Origin: an uncultured Deinococcaceae bacterium
GTDB taxonomy: Bacteria > Deinococcota > Deinococci > Deinococcales > Deinococcaceae
Direction of reading: 5' to 3'
DNA: 64,000 nucleotides
Assembly: GCA_964252075.1 (NCBI GenBank)
Contig: CAXULY010000003.1
Coordinates: 49,459-113,458 of the forward strand
Part shown: piece by piece, positions 48,470 to 63,561 of the stretch
Position numbering within the stretch: position 1 is the stretch's first letter
Layout: the number at the start of each line of letters is the position of its first letter
Program-made: the position numbers and the translations under genes
The notes under the pieces: generated by a model
Seen by the model: only the letters and a program-made list of their open reading frames with translations
Databases searched by the model: none
What the model was told of the DNA's origin: nothing

Positions 48470-49477
48470 ATGGCGCGCGTCACTCTCAAGGAGGTGGCCT
48501 CCCGAGCGGGGGTATCATACCAGACCGTCTCCAACGTCCTCAACGACAGCGCCATCGTCCGCGACGAGACGCGCGCGCGCGTCATGGAGGCGATCCGCGC
48601 GCTGGATTACCAGCCACACTTCGGCGCCAAGTCCCTGCGTGAGGCGCGCGCCATGACGCTCAGCTGCGTGTTCTTCGAGCAGGAACCGGAAGCCGTCGCG
48701 GACCCCTACCGCAACATCATCCAGTCGGCCTTCGCCTTCGAGGCGAACGCGCGCGGGTACGGCATGTTCACGCACTTCCTGGTGCGCGAGCAGCCCGAGT
48801 CCTTCGACACGCTGCGCCAGCAGTTCCAGCAGCGCCGCTTCGACGGCGCGGTGGTGGTCGGCACGAACTTCGATGCGGAGAGCGCCCGCAAGTTGCGCGG
48901 CTGGAAGCTGCCCGCCGTCCTCTTCGATTACGCGGGTGAACCGCTGGGTCTGTCCACCATCGCCGCCCATTACGACCAGGGCATGCGCGCCATGGTGGAC
49001 CACCACGTGCGCCAGGGCCGCCGCCGCCTCGCGCTGATCATGCCGCCCGACCCGGATGTCACGACCGCCAGCGCCCGCACCGCGGGCTTCTGGCAGGGCG
49101 TGCGCGCGCACGGCGTGCAGGCCCTCACCGCGCCCGGCGACTGGACCTTCGAGTCCGGCGAGCGCGCCTTCCGCTCCCTGTGGGCGCAGGGCGACCGCCC
49201 GGACGCGGTGCTGGCGGGCAACGACCGCATGGCGGCGGGCAGCCTGCTGGCCGCGCGCCGCCTGGGGCTGCGCGTGCCGGAGGACGTGGCGATCAGCGGC
49301 TTCGACGACTTCGAGTTCGGGCTGTACACGGCGCCCACCCTCACGACGGTGCACGTGCCGTACCCGGAGATGGCGCGGCAGGCCACGCTGACGCTGCTGG
49401 ACCTGCTGCAGCACGCGCAGGTGGAGCCCTCCACCACCTGGCTGCCCACCACGCTCGTCGCGCGCGAATCGGCGTGA
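48470..49477 (+). CDS. LacI-family regulator
   Basis: VTLKEVASRAGVSYQTVSNVLN; NDRMA; GFDD; PTLTTV. Confidence 0.96.
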   Translation: MARVTLKEVASRAGVSYQTVSNVLNDSAIVRDETRARVMEAIRALDYQPHFGAKSLREARAMTLSCVFFEQEPEAVADPYRNIIQSAFAFEANARGYGMFTHFLVREQPESFDTLRQQFQQRRFDGAVVVGTNFDAESARKLRGWKLPAVLFDYAGEPLGLSTIAAHYDQGMRAMVDHHVRQGRRRLALIMPPDPDVTTASARTAGFWQGVRAHGVQALTAPGDWTFESGERAFRSLWAQGDRPDAVLAGNDRMAAGSLLAARRLGLRVPEDVAISGFDDFEFGLYTAPTLTTVHVPYPEMARQATLTLLDLLQHAQVEPSTTWLPTTLVARESA

Positions 49478-49529
49478 GCGTGGTGAACGGGGGCCGGGCG
49501 CAGATGCCCGGCCCCCGGTTCACGCCGCT

Positions 49530-50378
49530 TCAGCCCTTGACGGAGCCGGACGCGAGGCCGCCCTGCCAGTAGCGACCCAGCAGCAGGAAGGCCAGCACCA
49601 GCGGCAGCACGCTGATCAGCGCGCCCAGCACGATCACGGTGTAGATGGGCTCCTGGCCGCTGCTGCTGCTCGTCTGGTTCCAGATGCTGAGGCCCAGCGT
49701 GAGCGGGAACAGGCTGTCCTTGTTCACCGCGACGAGCGGCAGGAAGAAGTTGTTCCACGCGCCCACAAAGGCGAACAGCCCGACCGTCACGAGGCCGCTC
49801 TGCACGAGCGGCAGGCCGATCCGCCAGAAGATCACGCTCTCCCCCGCGCCGTCCAGCCGCGCGGCCTCCATGAGTTCCGTCGGGAAGGCGGAATCCCAGA
49901 AGAGGCGCATCAGGTACAGCCCGAAGGGGTTCACGAGGCCCGGCAGGATGACCGCCCAGTACGTGTCGAGCATGCCGACTTTCTGCATCAGCAGGTACAG
50001 CGGCAGCACGAGCGCCGTGGACGGCACCATGATGGTCAGCAGGATGGTCGTGAAGAGCGCGTCGCGGCCACGGAACAGGAACTTCGAGAAGGCGTACCCG
50101 GCGAGCGCGCTCACCACGACGCTGCCGAGCGCCGTGGCCGACGCGTAGATGATGCTGTTCAGGCCCCAGCGCCAGAAGATGCCGTCCTGACGCGTGAAGA
50201 GCGTGCGGAGGTTGTCGAGCAGGTGGCCGGGCGCGGCGAACCACAGCCCGAAGGTGGAGAACAGCTGCCCGTTGTCCTTGAACATCGTCACGATGACCCA
50301 CCACAGCGGCAGCAGGCTGAACAGCGCGAACAGCCCCAGCAGGCCCCACTGCGGCGCGGTGAAGCGCTCCTGGCGCAT
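49530..50378 (-). CDS. Carbohydrate ABC transporter permease
   Basis: [11 protein letters not shown] motif; WNNFFLPL. Confidence 0.93.
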   Translation of the reverse strand: MRQERFTAPQWGLLGLFALFSLLPLWWVIVTMFKDNGQLFSTFGLWFAAPGHLLDNLRTLFTRQDGIFWRWGLNSIIYASATALGSVVVSALAGYAFSKFLFRGRDALFTTILLTIMVPSTALVLPLYLLMQKVGMLDTYWAVILPGLVNPFGLYLMRLFWDSAFPTELMEAARLDGAGESVIFWRIGLPLVQSGLVTVGLFAFVGAWNNFFLPLVAVNKDSLFPLTLGLSIWNQTSSSSGQEPIYTVIVLGALISVLPLVLAFLLLGRYWQGGLASGSVKG

Positions 50379-51310
50379 CAGACCTCACCGCCCGTGCGGG
50401 TGTAGCGCAGGAAGAACGCGCTCAGCCCGAAGGTCACGAGGGCCAGCACGATGGCGAGCGCCGCGCCGTAACTGAAGTTCGCGTCGCGCGCGACCGTCAG
50501 ATACACGTAGGTGTTCGGCGTGATGTTGTCCGGCACGTACCCCAGCGGGCGGATCACGAAGGGCTCCGAGAAGATCTGCATGGTGCCGATGATGGAGAAG
50601 ATCAAGGAGAGCAGCAGCGTGGGGCGCAACAGCGGCAGCTTGATGTAGCGCGTGAGGCTCCAGCCGACCGCGCCGTCAATCTTGGCGGCCTCGTACAGGT
50701 CGTCGCTGATGTTCTGCAGCGCGGCGTACAGCGTGATCATGTTGTAGCCCGTCCAGGTCCACGTGACGATCACCGCGATGGACCACAGCACCACGCTGCT
50801 GCTCAGGAAATCCACGCCGCCGCCGCCCGCCGCGCGCGCGATCTGGTTGAAGGGCGAGAGGTTCTTGCTGTACAGGTAGCCCCACAGCAGGCCCGCGATG
50901 ACGCTGGGGATGGTGTAGGGCAGGTAGAAGGCCGTGCGGAAGAAGCGCCCCGCGCGGTTCTTCACGGCGTCCAGGGTGAGCGCCAGGGCGGTCGCGATGA
51001 CCAGCATGACAGGCACCTGCACGATGCCGAACAGCAGGATGTTCAGCAGCGAGTGCAGGAAGTCCGAGTCCTGGAAGGCCCGCACGTAGTTCGTGAGGCC
51101 CCCGAAGACCTCCTTGGCGGGCCCGAAGCCCGCGCGCTTCTTGATGAACAGGCTGATGTACAGCGCGTACCCGACGGGCGCGACGTAAAACAGGGCGAAC
51201 ACCGCCAGGAACGGGGTCAGGAACAGCCAGGGGACCAGCGCCTGGCGGCGTTTGGCGGCGCTCGTCTTGCGGGGCGCCCCCTGGCGGTGTGCGGTGGCCA
51301 TCTGCGACAT
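50378..51310 (-). CDS. Carbohydrate ABC transporter permease
   Basis: [13 protein letters not shown] after AAAGGAGG. Confidence 0.93.
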   Translation of the reverse strand: MSQMATAHRQGAPRKTSAAKRRQALVPWLFLTPFLAVFALFYVAPVGYALYISLFIKKRAGFGPAKEVFGGLTNYVRAFQDSDFLHSLLNILLFGIVQVPVMLVIATALALTLDAVKNRAGRFFRTAFYLPYTIPSVIAGLLWGYLYSKNLSPFNQIARAAGGGGVDFLSSSVVLWSIAVIVTWTWTGYNMITLYAALQNISDDLYEAAKIDGAVGWSLTRYIKLPLLRPTLLLSLIFSIIGTMQIFSEPFVIRPLGYVPDNITPNTYVYLTVARDANFSYGAALAIVLALVTFGLSAFFLRYTRTGGEV

Positions 51311-51402
51311 GGGCCCTCCTTTCGGGCTCAATGCCCTTCAAGCGTGGTGGGAGGGGACGCGCCCCCTCCCACCGGTCGTTCAGGTCAGCCGGGCGGCTGG
51401 CC

Positions 51403-52713
<1,311 letters not shown>

Positions 52714-52754
52714 GGTTTCTCCTGGAGTCCGCTGAGCGGATAGGGGTCAATTGT

Positions 52755-52800
52755 TTGAACGTTCAATTGCAGGTTACACTCAAATGGATTGAACGTTCAA
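52755..52800. promoter_or_regulatory. Two LacI-type operators TTGAACGTTCAA
   Basis: Perfect palindromes at 52755-52766 and 52789-52800 between divergent ABC and alpha-galactosidase genes. Confidence 0.85.
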
Positions 52801-52955
52801 ATTCGGCATAAAGCCGAAGGGTGGGCGAGGTCTGGGTGCGCCACACGGAAGGACTTCGAACTGCGGTCTGCACGCTCAATCTACGCGCCCACCCAAGGCC
52901 CGTCAAGGGCGCGAACCCCATCCCACCCCCTCCCCCGAGGTGCATCTTGGAACGG

Positions 52956-55061
52956 ATGACGCACACCGACACGCCCACCGCCCCACGCCCCGCCGCCTCC
53001 GAACAGGGCGCATTCTGGGTGCTCACCACCGACCACACCGCCTACGCGTTCGGCGTGAACGCCCAGGGTCTGCTGCTGCACACCTACTGGGGCCCGCGCC
53101 TGCCGCGCCTCGCGGACTACCCGCGCCCGCCCGAGGGGCGCGAGTGGGCGTCCTTCGACCCGCCGGGCGACACCGTGCGCGAGGAGTACCCGGCGCACGG
53201 CGGCCCGAAGTACGTCGAGCCGTGCCTGAAGGTGCGCTTCGCGGACGGCACGCGCGACCTCGACCTGCGGTACGTGGGTGCGCGCGTGGACGGCGACACC
53301 CTGCACATCACGCTGCGGGACGCCGTGTACCCGCTGTCCGTCACCCTGCACCACCGCGCGCACCCCGCCACCGACCTGATCGAGCGCTGGGTGAGCGTCG
53401 AGAACCACGGCGCGGACCCGGTCACGCTGGAGCGGGTGCTCTCCGCGCAGTGGCACCTGCCGGAACGCCAGGACTACCACCTCACGCACCTGCACGGCCG
53501 CTGGTCGGACGAGTTCCGCGCCACGCGCGAGGCGCTCACCGCCGGCGTGAAGGTGCTGGAGAGCCGCCGCCTCACCACCAGCCACCAGCACCAGCCTTAC
53601 TTCGCCCTGGACCGCGCCGAGCCGGGCCTCGACGCGGGCGAGCTGTGGTTCGGGACGCTCGCGTGGAGCGGCAACTTCCGGACCGCCGTGGAGGTCACGG
53701 CGGCCGGGCACACGCGCCTCAGCCAGGGCGTGAACGACTGGGATTTCGCGTGGGTGCTCCAGGCGGGTGAGACCTTCGAGACGCCCGCGAGCCTCGCTGG
53801 GTACACCACCGAGGGCACGAACGGCGCCGCGCGGCGCCTGCACGCGCACGTGCAGGGCCTCCTGCCGCACGCCGGGCAGACCCGCAAGGTGCTGTACAAC
53901 TCCTGGGAGGCGACGCTCTTCGACGTGGACGAGGACTCCCAGGCGGCCCTCGCGGAAGTCGCGGCGGAGCTGGGTGTGGAGCTCTTCGTGGTGGACGACG
54001 GCTGGTTCCACGGCCGCACCCTCGACAACGCTGGGCTGGGCGACTGGTGGCCCGACGAGCAAAAGTTCCCGCGCGGCCTCACGCCGCTCATTGAGCGCGT
54101 GCGGGCGCTCGGCATGGACTTCGGGCTGTGGGTGGAGCCCGAAATGGTGAACCCCGACTCGGACCTGTACCGTGCGCACCCCGACTGGGTGATTCACTTC
54201 CCCACCCGCCCGCGCAGCGAGGCGCGCGGGCAGCTGATCCTGAACCTCGCGCGCGTGGATGTGCAGGACCACCTGATCGAGACGCTCGACGCGCTCCTCA
54301 CGCAGAACGACATCGCGTTCATCAAGTGGGACATGAACCGCAACGTGTCCGAACCCGGCTGGCCGGACGCGCCCGGCGACGCGCGCGAGCTGTGGGTGCG
54401 GTACGTGCAGGGCCTGTACCGGGTGTGGGGCACGCTGCGCGCGCGGCACCCGCGGGTGATCTGGCAGAGCTGCTCGGGCGGCGGCGGGCGCGCCGACTAC
54501 GGCATCCTGAGGTACGCGGACCAGATCTGGATCAGCGACAACACCGCCGCGGCGGCCCGCCTGGGCATTCAGGAGGGCTTCGCGCGGCTGTTTCCCGCCA
54601 GCACCATGGAGGCCTGGGTGACGGACGCGGACCGCGGGCGCCTGCCGCTGGCGTTCCGCTTTCACGTCAGCATGACGGGCGCGCTCGGCGTGGGCGGGCA
54701 CCTGGGGCACTGGACGCCCGAGGAGCGCGCCGTGGCGCGCGAGCAGATCGCGCTGTACAAGGACATCCGTGAGGTCGTGCAGTTCGGGACGCAGCACCGG
54801 TTGCGTTCGAGCGCGGAGCCGTACTCCGCGCTGATGTTCATGGGTCCCGACCGGCGGGACGGCGCGGTGTTTGCGTTCCGCACGCACATCGCGCGGCCCG
54901 GCGCGCTGCCGCCGCTGTACCTGCGCGGCCTGGACCCGGACGCCCTGTATGAGGTGGAGGGTGAGGACGGCGCGCGCTCGGGTGCCGCCTGGATGCACGC
55001 GGGGCTGCACCTGCAGTTGCGTGACTTCGAGAGCGTCGTGCGGCGCATCCGGCGCGTCTGA
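52956..55061 (+). CDS. Alpha-galactosidase (GH36)
   Basis: YNSWEA, ELFVVDDGWF, FGLWVEPEMVN, IKWDMNR, CSGGGGR, WISDNT. Confidence 0.95.
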   Translation: MTHTDTPTAPRPAASEQGAFWVLTTDHTAYAFGVNAQGLLLHTYWGPRLPRLADYPRPPEGREWASFDPPGDTVREEYPAHGGPKYVEPCLKVRFADGTRDLDLRYVGARVDGDTLHITLRDAVYPLSVTLHHRAHPATDLIERWVSVENHGADPVTLERVLSAQWHLPERQDYHLTHLHGRWSDEFRATREALTAGVKVLESRRLTTSHQHQPYFALDRAEPGLDAGELWFGTLAWSGNFRTAVEVTAAGHTRLSQGVNDWDFAWVLQAGETFETPASLAGYTTEGTNGAARRLHAHVQGLLPHAGQTRKVLYNSWEATLFDVDEDSQAALAEVAAELGVELFVVDDGWFHGRTLDNAGLGDWWPDEQKFPRGLTPLIERVRALGMDFGLWVEPEMVNPDSDLYRAHPDWVIHFPTRPRSEARGQLILNLARVDVQDHLIETLDALLTQNDIAFIKWDMNRNVSEPGWPDAPGDARELWVRYVQGLYRVWGTLRARHPRVIWQSCSGGGGRADYGILRYADQIWISDNTAAAARLGIQEGFARLFPASTMEAWVTDADRGRLPLAFRFHVSMTGALGVGGHLGHWTPEERAVAREQIALYKDIREVVQFGTQHRLRSSAEPYSALMFMGPDRRDGAVFAFRTHIARPGALPPLYLRGLDPDALYEVEGEDGARSGAAWMHAGLHLQLRDFESVVRRIRRV

Positions 55062-55145
55062 CCGACCGCGGGGCGGGGAGGGGCGATCCCTCCCCGCCCG
55101 GCGCATCATGCACTCATTTATAAGTTACAGTGAAGGCAGACACTC

Positions 55146-57599
55146 ATGCGCGCCGACCCTGCCTCCACCCCCACCGGCTCCAGTGTGGAGGCGTTGCTGC
55201 AGGAAGCGGAGCGGCTCTACTTCCTGAGCCCGGACCGGGCGACGGACGTGATCGCGCAGGCGCTCACGCGGGCGCGCGAGCTGAACGACCCGCACGGCAC
55301 CGCGCACGCCACCTTGTGGCAGGGCATCGTGACCCTGTGGCGCGGCGAGCACGAGGCGGCCCGCGCGCTGCTGGAGGACGCCCGCACGCGCGCGCAGGGC
55401 TGCGGGAACACCAGCATCGAGGCGCGCAGCCTGAACAACCTCGGCATCCTCGCGTACCGCCTGGGGGATTACGCGGGCGCCATGCAGGAGCAGCTCGCGA
55501 ACCTGCGCCTCACGCAGGCGACCGGGGACGAGATCGGGCAGCTGCGGGCGCGGCAGAACATCGCGGTGATCCACGGGGAACTCGATGACTGCGAGCAGGC
55601 CCTCAAGGAGCACCGCGAGGTGCAGACGCTCGCCCGCCGCCTGAAGAACATGCGGGTCGCGTGCTCCGCCGCGGAGAACATCGCGAGCCTGCTGCTGCGC
55701 CTGGGGCGCACCGAGGAGGCCCTCAGGGCGGCGCGGCGCGTGGCGGCCGACGCGCACCGCCTGCAGCTCTCGCACTCGGAGGCCAGCGCGCACGAGACGC
55801 TCGCCGCCGCCCTGAACACCCTCGGCCGGCCGCAGGAGGCGCTCGCGCAGTGCGGCGCGGGCGACCGGCCCGCCGAGATCACCCACGACCACAGCGCGCG
55901 CTGCGGCCTGCTGGTGCAGCGCGCCCGCGCCCTGCGGTTGCTGGGTCGGCTGGAGGAGGCCGCGCTGGCGCTGGAGCGCGCCGCCGCGCTGGGCGTGGAG
56001 GCGGGCCTGCGCCGCCAGCAGGCGGAGGTCCTGCGTGAGCAGGCCGCGCTGTGCGAGCGGCAGGGGGACCTGCACGGCGCCCTGCACGCGCTGCGCGGGC
56101 ACTTCGAGCTGGAGCGCGCGCTGCGCGCCGAGAACGTGGAACGCAAGACGCGCGCGCTCGCCGTGCAGATCGAAGCGGAACGCTTCCGGCACCAGGCGGA
56201 GGTGCAGCGCCTGCGCAGCGAGGAACTCGCGCGCGCCAACCAGGCGCTGCGCCTCGCGCACCGCCGCCTCGCGCACCTGAACGAGCACGACGCCCTCACG
56301 GGGCTGCCCAACCGCGGGCACTTCGAGCGCCGCCTGCGGGCCGCGCTCACCGCGCGCCGCCCACTGGCGGTGCTGTTCATCGACCTGGACCGCTTCAAGG
56401 CCATCAACGACAGCTTGGGGCACGAGGAGGGCGACACCCTGCTGCGGCAGGTGACGCGCCGCCTGTCGCGCGGCCTCGGCCCGGACCAGCTGCTGGCGCG
56501 CCTGGGCGGCGACGAGTTCATCGTGCTGGCCGAGCACGTCGACCAGGAAGCGCAGGCGGAGCAGCTGGCGCAGTCGCTGCGCGAGGCGCTCACGCCGCCC
56601 TTCGTGCTGGACGGCCACCGCATCTTCGTGACGGCGTCGGTGGGGGTGGTGCTCGCGCCGCGCGACGGCGCGGAGGCGGGCGCGCTGCTGCGCCACGCGG
56701 ACACCGCCATGTACCGCGTGAAGCAGGGGGGCCGCAACGGCGTGGCGGCGTACCTGCCGGGCATGGCGGTGCAGGCGCGCGAGCGGCTGCTGCTGGAGCA
56801 GGGCCTGCACGGCGCGCTCGCGCGCGGGGAGTTCAGCCTGCACTACCAGGCGCAGTGGGCGTTGGACGGCCCGCAGCCGCGCCTACGGGGGGTGGAGGCG
56901 CTGCTGCGCTGGGAGCACCCCACGCTGGGGCGCGTAAGCCCCACGCAGTTCATTCCGGTGGCCGAGGAGTGCGGCCTGATCGTGCCGATCGGCACGTGGG
57001 TGCTGCACGAGGCGACCCGGCAGGCCGCCGCATGGCGGGCCTCCGGGCGCACCAGCATGGACGTCGCGGTGAACGTCTCGCCGCTGCAGTTCGGGCGGCG
57101 GGACTTCGTGCACGAGGTGGAGGCCGCCCTGAGCGCCAGCGGCCTGCCGCCCGAGGCGCTGGAGCTGGAACTCACGGAAGGCACCGTCATGCAGGACACG
57201 CAGGAGACCATAAGGCAGCTGGAGCGCCTGCGGGAACTGGGCGTGCGCGTCGCCATTGACGACTTCGGGACGGGGCACGCCTCGCTGGGGCTGCTGCGGC
57301 GCCTGCAGGTGAACACCCTGAAGGTGGACCGCAGCTTCGTGCAGGACCTCACGGTGCGCAGCGACGCCCGCCCGCTGGTGGAGGCGATCCTGGCGCTCGC
57401 GCGCGGCCTGGGCCTCTCCGTGATCGCGGAGGGCGCCGAGACCGAAGCGCAGCTGAGCGCCCTCAAGGAGCTGGGGTGCGCGGAGGTGCAGGGGTACCTG
57501 CTGGCGCAGCCGGTGCCCGCCGAGTCGCTGGAGGCGCTGCTCAGCAGCCGCGCGCGCACGCTGCTGCCCGAGGAGGGGCGCGCCTCGTACCTGCCGTAG
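55146..57599 (+). CDS. TPR-GGDEF-EAL diguanylate cyclase/phosphodiesterase
   Basis: TPR repeats; RLGGDEF; EALLRW; DDFGTG. Confidence 0.93.
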   Translation: MRADPASTPTGSSVEALLQEAERLYFLSPDRATDVIAQALTRARELNDPHGTAHATLWQGIVTLWRGEHEAARALLEDARTRAQGCGNTSIEARSLNNLGILAYRLGDYAGAMQEQLANLRLTQATGDEIGQLRARQNIAVIHGELDDCEQALKEHREVQTLARRLKNMRVACSAAENIASLLLRLGRTEEALRAARRVAADAHRLQLSHSEASAHETLAAALNTLGRPQEALAQCGAGDRPAEITHDHSARCGLLVQRARALRLLGRLEEAALALERAAALGVEAGLRRQQAEVLREQAALCERQGDLHGALHALRGHFELERALRAENVERKTRALAVQIEAERFRHQAEVQRLRSEELARANQALRLAHRRLAHLNEHDALTGLPNRGHFERRLRAALTARRPLAVLFIDLDRFKAINDSLGHEEGDTLLRQVTRRLSRGLGPDQLLARLGGDEFIVLAEHVDQEAQAEQLAQSLREALTPPFVLDGHRIFVTASVGVVLAPRDGAEAGALLRHADTAMYRVKQGGRNGVAAYLPGMAVQARERLLLEQGLHGALARGEFSLHYQAQWALDGPQPRLRGVEALLRWEHPTLGRVSPTQFIPVAEECGLIVPIGTWVLHEATRQAAAWRASGRTSMDVAVNVSPLQFGRRDFVHEVEAALSASGLPPEALELELTEGTVMQDTQETIRQLERLRELGVRVAIDDFGTGHASLGLLRRLQVNTLKVDRSFVQDLTVRSDARPLVEAILALARGLGLSVIAEGAETEAQLSALKELGCAEVQGYLLAQPVPAESLEALLSSRARTLLPEEGRASYLP

Positions 57600-57700
57600 G
57601 CGCCGTGTGGGTTCCCCAACTACCCAGGGGCGCGCGCCCACGCTAAAATGTCAGCCTGAGAGGGCGGCCCCCCGAGGCGGCCGCCTCGGAAGGAACCGAC

Positions 57701-58432
<732 letters not shown>

Positions 58433-58447
58433 GGCGAGGCAGGCCTG

Positions 58448-58474
58448 AACGCTCCCCGGCCGGGGAGCGTTTTT
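58448..58474 (+). terminator. Intrinsic terminator after yebC
   Basis: AACGCTCCCCG-GC-CGGGGAGCGTT-TTT. Confidence 0.75.
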
Positions 58475-58557
58475 CGTTGGGGGCTGCCCTCCACGCAGCT
58501 CCCGCATTAGACTGGGTGCATCTTTTCCACAACCCAGCTCTTCCCTCTGGAGGCCCC

Positions 58558-60213
58558 ATGACACCCAATCGCTACTGGCCCAGGAACATCCCCCGCACCC
58601 TGACCGTACCGCACAGCAGCCTGCACCACAACCTGGAGGTGAGCGCCGCCCGTTACCCGGACAAGGTGGCCTTGTGGTACTACGGGCAGACAGTCACCTA
58701 CGCCGAGCTGCTGGAGCAGACCGCGCGCCTCGCGGGGCACCTGCAGCGGCGCGGCGTGCAGAAGGGCGACCGCGTGCTGGTGTGGCTGCAGAACAGCCCG
58801 GCCTTCGCGGTGGCCTGCCACGCGGTGTGGCGCAGCGGCGCGGCGGTGGTGGCGCTAAGCCCCATGCTGACGCCGCCGGAACTGAAGTTCTTCCTGGGTG
58901 ACGCGGGCATCCGCGCGGGCGTGGTGGGCGCGGAGGTGTACGCGCGGGCGCGCGAGGCGGGCCTGGAGCACGCGGTGGTCGCGAACGTGCTGGCGGGCGT
59001 GACGGACTCCCCCGTGCCGGTCCCCGCCGGGCTGGACGTGCCGGAAGCGCAACAGGACGGCGACACCAGCTACGCCGAGGCCCTGTCCGGCGAGGCGGGC
59101 GCGGTGGTGCCCGTCACGGCGGACGACCTGGCGTTCATGCCGTACACGAGCGGCACGACGGGCCGCCCGAAAGGCTGCATGCACACGCACCGCAGCATCC
59201 AGGCGAACATCTTCGAGGGCCTCGTGTGGCTGGGCGGCAGCAGCGACGACGTGATGCTGGGCACCCTGCCGTTCTTCCACGTGACGGGCTTCACGGACAG
59301 CCTCATGACGGCGCTGGCGGGCGGCAGCACGCTGGTCGTCATGAACCGCTGGGACCGCGCGACGGCGCGCGCCCTCATCCGCGAGCGGCGCGTGACGCTC
59401 TGGACGAACACCGCCACCATGCTGATCGACCTGCTCGCGAACCCCGAACTGACCGCCGCGGACCTTGTGAGCCTGCGCAACGTCACGGGGGGCGGCGCGG
59501 CCCTGCCGCAGTCGGTGGGCGAGCGCTTCGAGGCGCTGGCGGGCTTCCGCTTCGTGGAAGGCTACGGCCTCACGGAGACGATGGCGCAGACGCACACGAA
59601 CCCCTCCGAGCGCCCCAAGCTGCAGTGCCTGGGCATCCCGGTGTGCAACACCGACGCGCGCGTGATTGACCCGGACACCCTGCGGGAACTCTCGCCGAAC
59701 GAGACGGGCGAGATCGTGGTGAGCGGCCCGCAGGTCATGCAGGGGTACTGGAACCGCCCGGACGACAACGCGGCGGCCTTCCTGGAGCTGGACGGGCGGC
59801 GCTTCTTCCGCACGGGCGACCTGGGGTACATGGACGAGGAAGGGTACTTCTTCATGGTGGACCGCCTGAAGCGCATGATCAACGCGGCGGGCCTGAAGAT
59901 CTGGCCGGCGGAGGTGGAGAGCGCGCTGTTCGCGCACCCGGCGGTGCAGCAGGCGGTGGTGATCGGCGTGCCAGACGAGCGCAGCGGCGAGCGGGCGCGG
60001 GCCCTCATCGTGCGGCGGCCCGGCATGGCGGCGACGGGTGAGGAGATCGCGGCGTGGGCGCGGGACCGCCTCGCGGCGTACAAGGTGCCGCGCGACTGGC
60101 AGTTCGTGGACAGCCTACCGGTCGGCGGGACGGGAAAGGTGAACTGGCGGGCGTTGCAGGAGCAGGCGCGCATGGCGATGACCGCCGCGCCGGGGGCGAC
60201 CGAAACCCATTGA
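58558..60213 (+). CDS. Long-chain fatty acid-CoA ligase
   Basis: YTSGTTGRPKG, EGYGLTE, FRTGDLG, DRLKRMI. Confidence 0.93.
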   Translation: MTPNRYWPRNIPRTLTVPHSSLHHNLEVSAARYPDKVALWYYGQTVTYAELLEQTARLAGHLQRRGVQKGDRVLVWLQNSPAFAVACHAVWRSGAAVVALSPMLTPPELKFFLGDAGIRAGVVGAEVYARAREAGLEHAVVANVLAGVTDSPVPVPAGLDVPEAQQDGDTSYAEALSGEAGAVVPVTADDLAFMPYTSGTTGRPKGCMHTHRSIQANIFEGLVWLGGSSDDVMLGTLPFFHVTGFTDSLMTALAGGSTLVVMNRWDRATARALIRERRVTLWTNTATMLIDLLANPELTAADLVSLRNVTGGGAALPQSVGERFEALAGFRFVEGYGLTETMAQTHTNPSERPKLQCLGIPVCNTDARVIDPDTLRELSPNETGEIVVSGPQVMQGYWNRPDDNAAAFLELDGRRFFRTGDLGYMDEEGYFFMVDRLKRMINAAGLKIWPAEVESALFAHPAVQQAVVIGVPDERSGERARALIVRRPGMAATGEEIAAWARDRLAAYKVPRDWQFVDSLPVGGTGKVNWRALQEQARMAMTAAPGATETH

Positions 60214-60255
60214 GGGCTCGCGGGAGGGGGCGCTTCGGCACCCCCTCACCACCGC

Positions 60256-60678
60256 TCAGGGGTGAAGGATGACCCTGGAGGTCTCGCCGCTCACGGGGGC
60301 GGAGGTGTGCTCGTGGACGATCCGCCAGCCTTCCGCGCGGCGCGCGAGCGCCCAGGTGAGGCGGTTCTGCATGGCGCGCAGGGCCTGACCGTCGGCGGAT
60401 TCACCCTGGTAGGTGACCAGCGCGGAGAGCACTGCGACCTCGGCGCCCGCGTGTGTCTGCACGTCGCTCCACCGGACCGCCACGCGCTCGTCGCCGAGGG
60501 AGCTGAACCACTGCATGACGGCGCCCTGCCAGGCCGCCGCGCCGGCGTACTCCCAGGTCTCCCACAGGTCGAAGATGTGCACCTGTTCGTCGTACAGCGC
60601 CATGAGGGCGGGGACGTCGCGGTCGTACACGGCGGTGCGGTAGGCGTCCAGCAGCACTTGAGCGTTAAGGTCTGTCAT
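60256..60678 (-). CDS. SnoaL/NTF2-like (YybH) protein
   Basis: Y..AV..RDV..LM.LY; WRIVHEHTSAP. Confidence 0.85.
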   Translation of the reverse strand: MTDLNAQVLLDAYRTAVYDRDVPALMALYDEQVHIFDLWETWEYAGAAAWQGAVMQWFSSLGDERVAVRWSDVQTHAGAEVAVLSALVTYQGESADGQALRAMQNRLTWALARRAEGWRIVHEHTSAPVSGETSRVILHP

Positions 60679-60818
60679 TCTGCCTGGATCATAACCCGAT
60701 GGCTGCACTTGTGGAATCTGCCATCTGGACGGGCGCCCTGTTCTCACGTCGGCCCGCTGGAAATCTCGCCTCAAAAGTTTTAGACTGAGTTCAATAAATT
60801 TCCACCCCGAGGTGACCC

Positions 60819-62639
<1,821 letters not shown>

Positions 62640-62714
62640 AGCGAACCGGGTTCAGCGCCCCCGCCCGTGCCTCGGGCGGGGGCGCCCTCTTGCCGGGGTG
62701 GGTAGAGTGAACGG

Positions 62715-63557
62715 GTGACGCCCTCCCCCTTCACGCTCGCCACCTGCCAGAGCCTCATCACGCCGGACGCGCGTGTAAACGGCGCGCACCTGCGCGGCCA
62801 GATGCGCGAGGCGCACGCCGGCGGCGTGCGCCTCGCGCACTTCCCGGAGGGCGCCCTCACGGGGTACGCGAAGCACCAGATCCGGGACTGGAGCGCGGTG
62901 GACTGGGGCGCGGTGCGCGAGGAGTTCGAGGCGGTCGCGGCCCTCGCGGGCGAGCTGGGCCTGTGGGTGGTGGTGGGCGGCGCGCACCGCCTCACGCCCC
63001 CGCACTGGCCGCACAACAGCACATACGTCATCTCGGATGCGGGTGAGCTGGTGGGCCGCTACGACAAGCGCCGCCTGTCGCAGACGGAGGTGAGCCGCTT
63101 CTACACGCCGGGCTTCGAGCCGCTGGTGTTCGACGTGGACGGCTGGCGGTTCGGGTGCGCCACCTGCGTCGAGGTGGTATTCCCGGACGTGTTCGCGGAG
63201 TACGAGCGCCTCGGCGTGGACGCGCTGCTGCTCTCCATGTACGTGGACCTCCCGGACCGCCGCCTGCTCTCCCGCGCGCACGCCGCGACGAACGGGTACT
63301 GGCTGAGCCTCGCGAACGCCGCGGACTGCGCGCACGCGCTGCCCACCGAGGTGTTCGGGCCGGACGGCGAGCCCCTCGCGACCGCGCCGCGCGCGGAGGC
63401 GCCCGCCGTGCTCGTCACGACCCTGGACCCCAGCGCGCCCGCGTACCACGTGCCCGTGAACCTCGCGCGCCCCTGGCGGCGCAAGGCGCTCGCGGGCGAC
63501 CTGTACACCGAGCGACGCGTGGACGACGCGCGCAGCCGCGACCGCCGCAGCTTCTAG
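62715..63557 (+). CDS. Carbon-nitrogen hydrolase (nitrilase superfamily)
   Basis: FPEGAL.GY, YDKR, C.E catalytic triad. Confidence 0.85.
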   Translation: MTPSPFTLATCQSLITPDARVNGAHLRGQMREAHAGGVRLAHFPEGALTGYAKHQIRDWSAVDWGAVREEFEAVAALAGELGLWVVVGGAHRLTPPHWPHNSTYVISDAGELVGRYDKRRLSQTEVSRFYTPGFEPLVFDVDGWRFGCATCVEVVFPDVFAEYERLGVDALLLSMYVDLPDRRLLSRAHAATNGYWLSLANAADCAHALPTEVFGPDGEPLATAPRAEAPAVLVTTLDPSAPAYHVPVNLARPWRRKALAGDLYTERRVDDARSRDRRSF

Positions 63558-63561
63558 CGGT

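Noticed and set aside
58505..60800. Shared TTAGACTG.GT upstream of the fatty acid-CoA ligase and acyl-CoA dehydrogenase as a FadR-type operator
   Set aside because: More simply explained as TAGACT -10 elements; palindromy weak
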